Shown here in pieces: positions 17,210 through 27,231 of a DNA stretch of 64,000 nucleotides; position 1 is the first letter of the stretch; each line of letters opens with the position of its first letter. The stretch covers positions 512,001-576,000 of the forward strand of contig CAWHEU010000022.1 of the NCBI GenBank assembly GCA_963828465.1, given 5' to 3'. The position numbers and the translations under genes were made by a program. The DNA is from an uncultured Acidobacteriota bacterium. Its GTDB lineage: Bacteria; Actinomycetota; Acidimicrobiia; Spongiisociales; ZC4RG35. Under the pieces are notes generated by a model, which saw only the letters and a list, made by a program, of their open reading frames with translations, did no database searches and had not been told where the DNA came from.

Positions 17210-17977
17210 CTAAGCAGATCGCTGCCGCAAGGCCTCGTAAGCGAGCACGGCCATGGAGACCGACACATTGAGGGAGTCCGTCGATCCGTGCATCGGCACG
17301 GAGACAGTCGTATCGGAGGCGGTGAGCGCCGATCCGGTGAGACCGGAGTGCTCGGCGCCGACGAGAAGGGCAATGGGTCCAGTCAGGTCGGCCTCCCAAA
17401 GCAGAACGGGGGCGCCAGGGTCGGCGGCCACGATCCGAGCCTGATGATTCCGGGCCCAGGCAATGGCGTCATCGAGGCCGGCGACGGCCAGCGGCACCGA
17501 GAAGATGGCTCCGGTCGATGCTCGCACCACGTTCGGGCTGAAAGCATCGGTTTGAGGATCCGCTGCGATCAAGGCGTCGGCCCCCACAGCGTCGGCAGTG
17601 CGGAGCAAGGCTCCAAGGTTCCCTGGCTTCTCGATCGCCTCCGCGATCAAGAACAGAGGATCGAGCCCTGGTGTCAAATGGTCGAGGGTGACATCCAACT
17701 GCCTGAAGACGCCGATCACACCTTGCGACCGGCCCCGATACGAGGCGCGGTCCAGGGCCTCGGCTGTCACCGACACCTCGGTCCCGGCGCGATGCGGTGC
17801 ACCTGAGAGGTGGGCCGGGTCGTAGTAGATCTCGAGAGGCTGGTGACCATGGGCGACAGCCCGATTCAGGTCTCTAATGCCCTCGACGAGGAACACCGAC
17901 TCCCGATCGCGCTGGTTGCGCTCACGAAGCGCGACCAGGCGCTTTATCCGTGGATTCGCCGCCGAGGTGATGTCCAT
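17210..17977 (-). CDS. TrmH/SpoU family RNA methyltransferase
   Basis: ITSAANP, EKPGNLGALLRTA, GAEHSGL, SLNVS. Confidence 0.93.
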   Translation of the reverse strand: MDITSAANPRIKRLVALRERNQRDRESVFLVEGIRDLNRAVAHGHQPLEIYYDPAHLSGAPHRAGTEVSVTAEALDRASYRGRSQGVIGVFRQLDVTLDHLTPGLDPLFLIAEAIEKPGNLGALLRTADAVGADALIAADPQTDAFSPNVVRASTGAIFSVPLAVAGLDDAIAWARNHQARIVAADPGAPVLLWEADLTGPIALLVGAEHSGLTGSALTASDTTVSVPMHGSTDSLNVSVSMAVLAYEALRQRSA

Positions 17978-18573
17978 CAGACCGCCCAACGCTCGCGGTG
18001 AACGACGGTGGCGCGGGGTCGTCTGCCCCGGGCCAGGCTTCCTGACCGGCGGTCAGGCATTGGATGGCCGACGGTCACCACGCCTATCGGGCTCTGGTGC
18101 TCGGGGATGGCAAGCAAGACGGCGAGGTCTTGCATCGAATGGACCCCGAGGAAGCCGGCGGCCAGTCCCTCGTTCACCGCGGCCAGGAGGACGGCCATCA
18201 TCGCCGCTCCAGCGTCGACCCACCAGTAAGGGACCGGCCAGTCGATCTCCTCCCCATCGGGGCCTAGCTTGTCAGGCTCCCGATAACGCTCCCGGTAGAT
18301 CGCCTCGCTGACGGTGATCACGATATGGGCTGGGGCTGTCGAGATCCATGGGTCGAAACCACCGGCGACGTACTCGTCTTCTTCGGCGAGGTGGGCGATC
18401 GATTTGCGGGTGGCTGCATCGGTCACGACCACGAATCCCATTCCCTGGCTGTATCCCGCCGACGGAGCGCGGAGCCCGGCATCGACGATCCTGTCGAGAG
18501 CCTCGGGCGGGACCGGATCGGGCATGTAGTTGCGCACCATGCGGCGCTTGCGGATTACTTCGTCGAATTCCAT
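17977..18573 (-). CDS. Nitroreductase family protein
   Basis: RRMVRNY, APSAG, DAG. Confidence 0.9.
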   Translation of the reverse strand: MEFDEVIRKRRMVRNYMPDPVPPEALDRIVDAGLRAPSAGYSQGMGFVVVTDAATRKSIAHLAEEDEYVAGGFDPWISTAPAHIVITVSEAIYRERYREPDKLGPDGEEIDWPVPYWWVDAGAAMMAVLLAAVNEGLAAGFLGVHSMQDLAVLLAIPEHQSPIGVVTVGHPMPDRRSGSLARGRRPRATVVHRERWAV

Positions 18574-18713
18574 GGGGGCAATCTTGTCACTTCCGCGCCC
18601 CCACCGAGCGCAGAAACTGATCGGTGACATCGGTCGTTGAATGGCTTATGGTGTCGGCGGCGGTTCAGGGTCGCCCAAGCCAGGACCGCGATTGACACGG
18701 AGGGAGCGGGCGA

Positions 18714-19613
18714 GTGACCGCATCGGCGGGGACCGAGATGACGGTGGTTTGGACACGGGGTAACGGTTGCTCCGAGTTGGCGTCTCTTCTTTCCGAAGGC
18801 GTGCCCGACCGGATCACCGGGGACCTCGTCGGGCAGTGCATCAGCCACCGGGCCGATCTTCTCGTCTCACGCAGATTCCCGGGATCGTTCGATCTGGTGA
18901 GTGTCGCCGTCCCCCTCGACTTCGTAGCCGAGAACGTAAAGCGGGTGGTCTCGGCCGTGGCCGGCGGGCCCCATTCGTTCCTGGCTGCAGACACCGCGTC
19001 GCGTCTGGGGCGCGGTCTGGCTGTCGAGTCCGAGATGCTTTCTGCAATCCGGCCGGGCGATGATCCGAGGGAAGCCGAGGATCTGCTCGACCACATCGGG
19101 CTGTCGGTTCCGGAGATGGGTGGCCGCGTCGTGGAAGTCGAGGGTATTTCCGAGCTCGTGGAGACTCTCGACGAGGGGACACTCGTGGTGTTCGGAGCCC
19201 CTGGTGGGTCCTGGTTGCAGCGGTCGATGTTCGGCCCGGGAGCGAGGCTACGGAGCAAGGCTCCGGCCGGGGCGATCATGGTGCGCAGTGCCCCGGACCG
19301 GGTCTTCCGCTGGATGGGGGAACCGGTGTTCGTCAGTCCTCTGCGGCTGGCCGACGACACCCTCCGCCTACACGAGGAAAACGTTCTGGCGGTTGCCGAC
19401 GAGGGAATGCTCATCGGCCTGGTGCGTCGGAATCGTCTCGAGGGGGCCGGCGATTCCCCGGTGGGCTCAGTGATGGAGGAGGCTCTGTCGGCAAAAGTCG
19501 ATGAGACCATCGCCGAGGCCATGGTGCTCGAGCCGACGTTCGGGCGGGATCCGATCCCTGTCACCGACCACGACGAGCACCTCGTCGGCGGATTGTCATT
19601 GCCAGTGGCCTGA
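18714..19613 (+). CDS. USP-like plus CBS-pair domain protein
   Basis: AVAGGPHS USP-like segment; C-terminal V.DEG.LIGLV and PVTDHDEHLVG. Confidence 0.65.
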   Translation: MTASAGTEMTVVWTRGNGCSELASLLSEGVPDRITGDLVGQCISHRADLLVSRRFPGSFDLVSVAVPLDFVAENVKRVVSAVAGGPHSFLAADTASRLGRGLAVESEMLSAIRPGDDPREAEDLLDHIGLSVPEMGGRVVEVEGISELVETLDEGTLVVFGAPGGSWLQRSMFGPGARLRSKAPAGAIMVRSAPDRVFRWMGEPVFVSPLRLADDTLRLHEENVLAVADEGMLIGLVRRNRLEGAGDSPVGSVMEEALSAKVDETIAEAMVLEPTFGRDPIPVTDHDEHLVGGLSLPVA

Positions 19614-19634
19614 ATCCGTGCAGAATCTCCGGCG

Positions 19635-20546
19635 GTGAAATCGAGGGTTTCCTTCTGGAGTTTTTTCTGGGTCGTTATCGGCCTGGTGGTGGTATTCCAT
19701 ATCGCCGGCGGGTGGTACTTCTCGAGCGAGCTGATCCAGGATGGATTCGTGCCTGCGCCGGAGCCGATCATGCCCCCACAAGGCTCATACGAGTTGGAAG
19801 AGGTGACCTACAGCACTCCGTTGGGGGAGATGGACGCCTGGTATCTCCCCGCCGATGGTCCGACCTGGGTCATCCACATCCACGGACTTGGGACCACACC
19901 CGCAGAGGCTGAGCCATTGTTCGCTCCTCTGCAAGGCGCCGGTTATCCCCAACTGTCGATCACCTATCGCAACGATGACGGGCAGCCGATGGATCCGTCG
20001 GGCTATTACCAATACGGCGCCACTGAATGGGAGGACCTTGCCGGCGCCGTCGAGCACGCCGTAGCCAACGGGGCGCAGAATGTCGTCCTCAGCGGATTCT
20101 CGACCGGTGGCGCCCATGTGATGTCCTTCTTATCCCGCCAGCCGCAAGAGATCGTCAGCGGGGTCCTGTTGGACGCGCCCAACGTCGACTTCGGCCGCAC
20201 GGTCGACTACGCAGCAAGTCAGAGGGACCTTCCGGTCTTACCGCTCCCGGTCCCGGCAACAGTGTCGGCGACGGCCAAGTTCATCACCTCGTTGCGCATA
20301 GGAATCAACTGGAAGCTCCTCGACTACATATCCGATGCCGACGAGACCATTCGCCAACCGGTCCTGATCCATCATGGGACCGAAGACCTCACGGTCCCGC
20401 TCGAGACGAGCCTCGATCTCCAGGCCACGAACCCCGATCTGATCCAGCTGATCACAGTCGAGGGCGCTGGTCACATCGAGTCATTCGACGTCGACCGGCA
20501 AGGCTATGTGGACTCGGTGGTCGCATTTCTCGCCGAGCTGGGATGA
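19635..20546 (+). CDS. Secreted/membrane alpha/beta hydrolase
   Basis: HIHG, GFSTGG, HGTEDLTVP, GAGH. Confidence 0.88.
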   Translation: MKSRVSFWSFFWVVIGLVVVFHIAGGWYFSSELIQDGFVPAPEPIMPPQGSYELEEVTYSTPLGEMDAWYLPADGPTWVIHIHGLGTTPAEAEPLFAPLQGAGYPQLSITYRNDDGQPMDPSGYYQYGATEWEDLAGAVEHAVANGAQNVVLSGFSTGGAHVMSFLSRQPQEIVSGVLLDAPNVDFGRTVDYAASQRDLPVLPLPVPATVSATAKFITSLRIGINWKLLDYISDADETIRQPVLIHHGTEDLTVPLETSLDLQATNPDLIQLITVEGAGHIESFDVDRQGYVDSVVAFLAELG

Positions 20547-20602
20547 CCTGAGCTCACCTACTGTGCGCCTGGCGCTAGGAGGTGCTGGTGGCCGGCGACC
20601 CG

Positions 20603-21691
20603 ATGATCCGTCTCGAGAACGTGAAGAAGGTCTTTGCCGGGAGTTCTCGCGCCGCCGTGACCGACCTGAGTCTCGATATCGGACGCGGGGAGTGCGTGAC
20701 GCTCATCGGCCCATCGGGCTGCGGGAAGACGACCACCCTCAAGATGATCAACCGGATCATCGAGCCCACGTCCGGACGGATCGAGATCGATGGCCGCGAT
20801 GCCATGGCCATCCCTGCTCACGAGTTGCGCCGATCAATCGGCTACGTGATCCAGCAGATCGGATTGTTTCCCCATCGCACCATCGCCCAGAACATAGGCA
20901 CCGTCCCGGCCCTTCTCGGCTGGGACCAGGCGAGGATCGATGAGCGCGTGGCCGAACTGGTGGAGATCGTCGGGCTGGATGCCGAGATGATGGCTCGCTA
21001 CCCGTCTGAGCTGTCCGGAGGCCAACAGCAGCGTGCAGGCGTGGCTCGCGCTCTTGCCGCCGATCCACCCGTCCTGCTCATGGACGAGCCCTTCGGGGCG
21101 GTCGATCCGATCGTCAGGAAGAGGCTCCAGTATGAGTTTCAAGACTTGCAAGGTCGTTTGGGCAAGACTGTCGTTTTCGTTACCCACGACGTCGACGAGG
21201 CGATCCTGCTGGGGGATCGGATGGCGATCCTCAACATCGGGGGAATCGTCGAGCAATACGACATTCCCGAGAAGGTCCTGGCCGAGCCGGCGAGTGATTT
21301 CGTGGAGAGATTCCTCGGCGGAGAGCGTGGCCTGAAGCGCCTCGCACTGCTTCCGATCAACGAGGCGGACCTGGAGCACGGGCCATTCGTCGACGTCTCG
21401 ACGACCCCGGCCGAGGCTCATCGGGTCATGGAGCAGCACGGAGTCGATTGGCTCGGCCTCCTCGATGGCGAACGGCTATTGGGATGGGTCGACGGAGACC
21501 TCGTCGATTCCCAACCGCTGCGCGATCTCGATCCGAGACCCTTCCTCGTCACGCTGGACACCGAATCGACGTTGCGATCCGCCCTCGACGCGGTCGTCAC
21601 CAGCCACGCTCGGGTGGCGGTGGTGGTCGATGACGGGATCTATCGAGGGATGCTCGACCTGGAGTCGATTGCCGAGGGGATCACCGAATGA
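20603..21691 (+). CDS. Osmoprotectant ABC transporter ATP-binding protein with CBS domains
   Basis: GPSGCGKTT, YVIQQIGLFPH, LSGGQQQR, MDEPFGAVDP. Confidence 0.93.
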   Translation: MIRLENVKKVFAGSSRAAVTDLSLDIGRGECVTLIGPSGCGKTTTLKMINRIIEPTSGRIEIDGRDAMAIPAHELRRSIGYVIQQIGLFPHRTIAQNIGTVPALLGWDQARIDERVAELVEIVGLDAEMMARYPSELSGGQQQRAGVARALAADPPVLLMDEPFGAVDPIVRKRLQYEFQDLQGRLGKTVVFVTHDVDEAILLGDRMAILNIGGIVEQYDIPEKVLAEPASDFVERFLGGERGLKRLALLPINEADLEHGPFVDVSTTPAEAHRVMEQHGVDWLGLLDGERLLGWVDGDLVDSQPLRDLDPRPFLVTLDTESTLRSALDAVVTSHARVAVVVDDGIYRGMLDLESIAEGITE

Positions 21692-22350
21692 TGGTCCTGG
21701 GGCAAACCGCCCCATTGGTCGACTGGGATTGGATCGGTCGCAACATCGACCAGATCGCCGACCGCACCTGGGAGCACCTGAGTTTGACCGCTGTCTCCGT
21801 CGGGATCGGTCTGGTGGTATCCGTCGCGCTGGCGATCGTCGCTCTCCGCTGGCGGTGGTCTTACACGCCCATCACCTGGGTCACGGGGCTTCTCTACACG
21901 ATCCCGTCGCTCGCCCTCTTCGCCCTCCTGGTGCCCGTCGTCGGGCTCAACGCCACCAACGCCGTGATTGCCCTCACCTCGTACACGCTGCTCATCATCA
22001 TCCGCAACCTCGTGGCGGGCATCGACGGTGTCCCCGATGCGGTGCTGGAGGCGGCGGACGGCATGGGATACACGAGGCGGGCCAGGTTTTGGAAGATGGA
22101 GGTGCCTCTCGCCCTCCCGGTGATCATCGCCGGGCTTCGCATCGCCACAGTGACCACTGTCGGCCTGGTGACGGTGACCGCCGTTCTCGGCCTCGGTGGC
22201 TACGGGTATTTCATCCTGCGCGGGCTCAACACGTTCTTCTGGACTCAGATCCTGGTCGGGGTCGTCCTCTCGGTCGTGCTGGCGACGATCCTCGACATCG
22301 GGTTTCTCTTTCTGCAGAAAGTCCTCAGCCCTTGGGCGCGGAGGGCCTGA
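21688..22350 (+). CDS. Osmoprotectant ABC permease
   Basis: YTIPSLALF, EAADGMG, PLALPVIIAGLR. Confidence 0.92.
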   Translation: MMVLGQTAPLVDWDWIGRNIDQIADRTWEHLSLTAVSVGIGLVVSVALAIVALRWRWSYTPITWVTGLLYTIPSLALFALLVPVVGLNATNAVIALTSYTLLIIIRNLVAGIDGVPDAVLEAADGMGYTRRARFWKMEVPLALPVIIAGLRIATVTTVGLVTVTAVLGLGGYGYFILRGLNTFFWTQILVGVVLSVVLATILDIGFLFLQKVLSPWARRA

Positions 22351-23036
22351 TGACGACGTGGGAGTCCGTCCAGGAGTTTCTCTCGGAGCCCACCACGTGG
22401 TCGGGGCCGGATTCGATCTGGGCCCGGCTCGGGGAGCACATCTGGGTGTCGGTGGTGGCGGTGATCATCGCCGGGATCCTGGTGCTGCCGTTGGCGGTTT
22501 GGCTCGGTCACATCCGACGCGGCTCGGCAGTCGCCACAGCCGTCGTCAACATCGGGCGGGCCGTCCCCTCGTTCGGGATCCTGGCCATCGCCTTCCTCGT
22601 CCTGGTGCAGATGGGCGCAGGGGTAGGTGAGCCCTGGGCCGTCCTCGTGGCCCTCGTCGCGCTGGCTGCCCCTCCGATGTTCACCAACACCGTGGCCGGG
22701 ATCCAGGCAGTCGAGCCGGCGACGATCGAGTCGGCTCGGGGCATGGGCTTGACAGAGCGAGAGGTGTTGACCGGAGTCGAGCTGCCGCTTTCGGCGCCGC
22801 TGATGATGGAGGGTCTGCGAATCGCCTTCGTCCAGGTCATCGCCACCGCCACTCTGGGCGCCCTTGTCGCCTGGGGCGGGCTGGGCAGGTACATCGTCGA
22901 CGGATTTGCCAGACAAGACATGGGACGGCTGATCGTCGGGGCGGTCCTGGTCGGCCTTCTGGCCATCGCAGCCGAGTTGGGACTGTCGGCCATGCAGAGA
23001 GCTACGACTCCACACGGGATCAGGCCGGCCCGTTAA
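22350..23036 (+). CDS. Osmoprotectant ABC permease
   Basis: RAVPS, ESARGMG, VELPL, GGLGRYI. Confidence 0.92.
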   Translation: MTTWESVQEFLSEPTTWSGPDSIWARLGEHIWVSVVAVIIAGILVLPLAVWLGHIRRGSAVATAVVNIGRAVPSFGILAIAFLVLVQMGAGVGEPWAVLVALVALAAPPMFTNTVAGIQAVEPATIESARGMGLTEREVLTGVELPLSAPLMMEGLRIAFVQVIATATLGALVAWGGLGRYIVDGFARQDMGRLIVGAVLVGLLAIAAELGLSAMQRATTPHGIRPAR

Positions 23037-23125
23037 CGGGAATCTGCCGAAACTCTCTACGGTTTGCCAGGTGGGCCCTGGTGGAAAGACTGGGCCTGTT
23101 TTACAACCTAGAGAAGGAGATACCC

Positions 23126-24049
23126 ATGCGGAAACCATTCCGCGCTCGCGCCGTTGGGGCGATCCTGGGTCTGGCGCTCGTGGCCACGGCCTGTGGATCG
23201 GGTGACGGCGCCGAAGAGGGCACCCCGCCCGAAGGCGACCCGATCAGGGTTGCGTCCTTCAACTTCAACGAATCAGCGATTGTGGCCGAGATCTACGCCC
23301 AGGGCCTCGAGGCGAACGGCTACACGGTGGAGCGGCAGCTCAACCTGGGGAACCGCGAGGTGGTCAAGCCGGCGCTCGAGGAGGGCGAGATCGATCTGAT
23401 CCCTGAGTACACCGGGACCGTTGCCGGGTTCCTCGGGGCGGAGGCCTCCGCCGACTCCGACGCCACCTGGGAAGCAGCCAGCGCTGCGTGGGAGGAATTG
23501 GGGATCACTCTGCTTGCCTACAGCCCTGCGCAGGACAAGAACGCCTACGTCGTGACCGGGGAGACTGCCGAGGAATTCGGTCTTACGACTGTCTCCGATC
23601 TCGAGCCGGTTGCGGGCGAGATGATCTTCGGAGGACCGCCGGAGTGCCCGGAACGTCCGCTTTGCCTGCAGGGACTGCAGGAGGTCTACGGCCTGGAGTT
23701 CGCCGAGTTCGTCCCTCTCGATGTCGGTGGGCCGATCACCGTGGCTGCCCTGGAAGGCGGGGAGATCGACGTCGGCCTGCTGTTCACCACATCGGGCGTC
23801 ATCGCCGCCAACGAGTGGGTTTCACTCGAAGACGACATGGGCCTGAACCCGGCCGAGAACATCGTCCCGGCCATTCGCACCGAAGTGGTCGAGGCCTATG
23901 GCGACGACCTGGTCGCACTGCTCGACTCGTATTCGGAGGCTCTGACTACCGAGGACCTCACTGCGATGAACGCACGGGCCGACCTCGATCAGGAGGACCC
24001 GGCGCTGATCGCCGAAGAGTGGCTAACCACCAACGGGTTCCTCGAGTAG
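23126..24049 (+). CDS. Glycine betaine-type ABC substrate-binding lipoprotein
   Basis: Lipobox ATAC, F.ES..VAEIY, PEYTG. Confidence 0.92.
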   Translation: MRKPFRARAVGAILGLALVATACGSGDGAEEGTPPEGDPIRVASFNFNESAIVAEIYAQGLEANGYTVERQLNLGNREVVKPALEEGEIDLIPEYTGTVAGFLGAEASADSDATWEAASAAWEELGITLLAYSPAQDKNAYVVTGETAEEFGLTTVSDLEPVAGEMIFGGPPECPERPLCLQGLQEVYGLEFAEFVPLDVGGPITVAALEGGEIDVGLLFTTSGVIAANEWVSLEDDMGLNPAENIVPAIRTEVVEAYGDDLVALLDSYSEALTTEDLTAMNARADLDQEDPALIAEEWLTTNGFLE

Positions 24050-24052
24050 ATC

Positions 24053-24074
24053 TGTCACAGGCGTCTCGTACCTT
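24053..24074 (+). promoter_or_regulatory. PafBC/RecA-NDp-like promoter
   Basis: TGTCAC-N10-TA-CCT-T upstream of the small Cys-rich gene. Confidence 0.45.
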
Positions 24075-24093
24075 CGTCAACAGGAGGTACGAG

Positions 24094-24282
24094 ATGCTGA
24101 TCGATTGCGAGCAATGCGCGATGCAGGGCACGAGCGCCTGCGACGACTGTGTCGTCACCTTTATCCTGGCGGACGGCCCGGTGGACCTCGACGAGTCAGA
24201 GGTCAACGCACTGGCCAATCTGGCTGGGGAAGGATTGGTCCCGCGTCTTCGCCTGGTCCCCACGGAGAGACAGGCCGGGTGA
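24094..24282 (+). CDS. Small actinobacterial-type Cys-rich hypothetical protein
   Basis: MLIDCEQCAMQGTSACDDCVVT...GLVPRLRL; RBS AGGAGG. Confidence 0.8.
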   Translation: MLIDCEQCAMQGTSACDDCVVTFILADGPVDLDESEVNALANLAGEGLVPRLRLVPTERQAG

Positions 24283-24321
24283 GCCGGTTCGATACCGAGG
24301 GCCAATTACCCTCGCCCGGGC

Positions 24322-24633
24322 ATGGTCAAGTTCTATTCGATCGCTCTCGCCCTGGGTGTGATCGGTCTGATCGTGGTGATTCTCGGGGGCGCGTTCGCCG
24401 AGAACGTGAACCGCGAGGAGAGTGACCCGGGGCAGCGGATCGGACGCGGGGGCAGGGCGGCGATAGGTGCCCTGGTCGGATTCGGCATGGCCGGTCTCTC
24501 GGCCGAGTTCTCCACACTGGACCTGACCTGGCAGGTAGCCCTGCTCATCGCCGTCGTCGGGGCGGCGGCCGGGGCTCTTTGGGCGTGGTACGCCTCACGC
24601 AACGACGCTGGGTCCGATGCTGGTCCTGTCTGA
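24322..24633 (+). CDS. Small membrane protein (3 TM)
   Basis: Three hydrophobic helices, GFGMAGLSA. Confidence 0.7.
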   Translation: MVKFYSIALALGVIGLIVVILGGAFAENVNREESDPGQRIGRGGRAAIGALVGFGMAGLSAEFSTLDLTWQVALLIAVVGAAAGALWAWYASRNDAGSDAGPV

Positions 24634-25391
24634 TATCCATTTCGCAACGGAGCCACTGCGGCGGGTCGTAGCCACAGGGGAGACATTGCTCATCCTCGGC
24701 GACCTGGTGAATCTCACCGACTATCGGACCGGTGAGGGAGCAGTGGCGGACGTCCTGGGTATGGAGTTCGCACGGGCCTCGGCCACAGCACGTGGGGCAG
24801 GCGACTATCAGCAGATGCGAGGTCTCTGGCTGGACACCGTTGGTGACCGTATCGATGAGATCCGGGCCGCCATCGGTGAGGCAATCGACGCACAGTACGC
24901 CAGTGTGTCCGAGGCCCTCGAGGGTGGGCACGGATATGTGATCCACGGGAATGTCGATCGCCCCGGGTCATTGGAGCGGGCACTTCCACCCGGATACGAG
25001 TACGTGCACGGGCAGACCAGGGATATAGAGGGGCTCCGCTTTGGCTTCGTCGGGGGTGGGGCGGCCACCCCTCTGCAGGCCGAAGGGGAGGTCTCAGACG
25101 AGGAGATGAGCCGACTGCTCGACATCCTCGGTGAGGTAGACGTCCTCTGCACCCATGTCGCGCCGGCCCTCGATCCTTTGCAGACCGATGTCGTGACCGG
25201 AAGGGCCGAACGCGGGCTCGGCGCCCCTCCTCGACTACATCCGTGCCACGCCTCCCCGGCTGCACCTGTTCGGCGACGTTCACCAACCTCAGGCGAGCAG
25301 CTGGCGGGTTGGGCCAACACGCTGTCGCAATGTGGGCTATTTCCGGGCCACCGAACGGGCCATGCCCCTGGATCCGGCCGATCTCAGATAG
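24617..25391 (+). CDS. Metallophosphoesterase, +1 frameshift near 25215 (probable sequencing error)
   Basis: SDIH, GDL, GNVD, THVAP; shifted frame gives GSAPLLDYI...LFGDVHQP...NVGYFR. Confidence 0.85.
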
Positions 25392-25424
25392 GCCGCGGGC
25401 TGGCTAACCTCGGATCTCCCAGCC

Positions 25425-25865
25425 ATGACCGAAGGAACTTTCCAGACTCTCGAAATCGACGCACCGGCCGAGGCCCTCTATGACGTGGCGGCGGACATCG
25501 CCTCGTATCCCGAATGGGCAACCGGTGTCAAAGAGGTCGAGGTCTTGGAGCGCACCTCGGATGGGCTCGTGGAAAGGGCGCGCTTCGTCGTCGCAGGCAT
25601 GGTCAAGGAGATCGAGTACGTCCTTCGGTATACGCACGATCGACCCAATGTCCTGAGTTGGGTGGCGGAGGAGGACTCGAAAGACGTGCGGATGCTCGAG
25701 GGGTCGTACACCTTCACCGCTGTGGACGGGGCCACCGAGGTCGTCTACGCACTCACTGTGGAGCCGAATTTCAAGATGCCCGGCTTTCTCCGTCGACAGG
25801 CGGAGAACCAGATCGTCACAACAGCTCTGCGTGGGCTGCGCAAGAGGGTCACGGGCACGGTCTGA
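25425..25865 (+). CDS. SRPBCC/START polyketide-cyclase family protein
   Basis: D..SYPEW, LEGSY, V.Y.L; typical actinobacterial position beside ArsA. Confidence 0.88.
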   Translation: MTEGTFQTLEIDAPAEALYDVAADIASYPEWATGVKEVEVLERTSDGLVERARFVVAGMVKEIEYVLRYTHDRPNVLSWVAEEDSKDVRMLEGSYTFTAVDGATEVVYALTVEPNFKMPGFLRRQAENQIVTTALRGLRKRVTGTV

Positions 25866-25867
25866 GC

Positions 25868-27046
25868 ATGAGGATCGTCCTCGTCACGGGCAAGGGGGGA
25901 GTGGGCAAGACCACGGTCGCCGCCTGCACGGCGCTGCGAGCAGCCGACTCCGGTCATCGGACACTGATCACATCCACCGACCCGGCGCATTCGCTCGCCG
26001 ATGCCCTTGCCGTGAGCCTTGGATCCGATCCGGGCGAGGTCGTTTCCAATCTCGACGGCCAACAGATCGACACCCAGCGCCAGCTCGACCGCTACTGGGG
26101 CTCGATCCGCCGTCAGTTGATGGACGTGCTCGATTGGGGCGGAGCCGGCGGCATCGAGGCCGAGGAGTTCCTCGTCTTCCCCGGGATGGACGAGCTCTTC
26201 GCCCTTCTCGAGGTGAACCGTCATGCCCGATCCGGGCAGTACGACGTGATCGTGGTCGACTGCGCCCCGACCGCCGAAACCCTCCGTCTGCTCTCTCTCC
26301 CCGAGGTCCTGAGCTGGTACTTCGAGAAGGTCCTTCCCACCGAGCGACGGTTGATGAAGGCGGCCAGACCGATCCTGAGTCGGCTCACCGACCTTCCGCT
26401 ACCCCAAGACGAGGTGTTCACTACAGCCCAAACGATCTTCGAGTCGATCGAGGGGGTCAAGGAATTGATGTCGGACCCGGCCGTGACATCGGCCAGGCTG
26501 GTGGTGAACCCGGAGAAGATGGTCATCGACGAGGCGCGGCGCACATACAGCTACCTCGGATTGTTCGGATACGGCGTTGACGGGGTGATCGTCAACCGGG
26601 TCCTGCCCCAGGAGGTGGCCGATCCATACTTCGAGCGCTGGCGGGCCATTCAGAAGGGTCACCTCGAGACTGTGGACGACGCTTTCGCCGAAGTGCCCCG
26701 TCTCCATCTCCGGCTGTTCGACGATGAGATGGTCGGGGTCGATCGATTGCGATTCATGGCCGGGGAGCTCTACGGGGAGCGCGACCCGATTGCCGATTTC
26801 ACGGCCACCCACCCGTTCCGGATCATCGAGGCGGATGGCGGGCTGGCGATGGAGATGGACATACCATTCGTCGAGAAGTCCGATCTCGATGTGTACCGCC
26901 ACGGCCATGAGCTGTACATCCAGGTCGGTCCCTACCGGCGGTCGTTCATCCTGCCCGATGCCCTGCATCGCAGGGAAGTCACCCGAGCCCGTCTCGATGA
27001 GGGCACCCTCACCATTTCGTTCGCCGATCCGGACGCCAGATCATGA
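25868..27046 (+). CDS. ArsA/Get3-like ATPase with C-terminal HSP20-like domain
   Basis: GKGGVGKTT, STDPAHSL, DCAPTAETLRLL, beta-sandwich C-terminus. Confidence 0.92.
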   Translation: MRIVLVTGKGGVGKTTVAACTALRAADSGHRTLITSTDPAHSLADALAVSLGSDPGEVVSNLDGQQIDTQRQLDRYWGSIRRQLMDVLDWGGAGGIEAEEFLVFPGMDELFALLEVNRHARSGQYDVIVVDCAPTAETLRLLSLPEVLSWYFEKVLPTERRLMKAARPILSRLTDLPLPQDEVFTTAQTIFESIEGVKELMSDPAVTSARLVVNPEKMVIDEARRTYSYLGLFGYGVDGVIVNRVLPQEVADPYFERWRAIQKGHLETVDDAFAEVPRLHLRLFDDEMVGVDRLRFMAGELYGERDPIADFTATHPFRIIEADGGLAMEMDIPFVEKSDLDVYRHGHELYIQVGPYRRSFILPDALHRREVTRARLDEGTLTISFADPDARS

Positions 27047-27231
27047 GAGAGCAATCGGACACCATGCAGGCCCTTGGCCGGGCCGGAAGACGAGCGGGGT
27101 ACCACCTGATTCAGGCGGTGATCGAAGGGCTCAAGGCGGTCGAGGCAGTGTTCGAAGAAGTAAGCAAGATCGGCGACAAGCAGGACTCCACGACCGAGGA
27201 GCCTCCACGAACCAGGATCGATATCGAATGA
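27043..27231 (+). CDS. Small hypothetical protein
   Basis: ATGA-coupled on both sides; RTRIDIE C-terminus. Confidence 0.7.
   Translation: MREQSDTMQALGRAGRRAGYHLIQAVIEGLKAVEAVFEEVSKIGDKQDSTTEEPPRTRIDIE

Noticed and set aside
25868-27046. ArsA as an arsenic-resistance determinant
   Set aside because: It is a single-domain, HSP20-tailed form with no arsB/arsC/arsD/arsR nearby.
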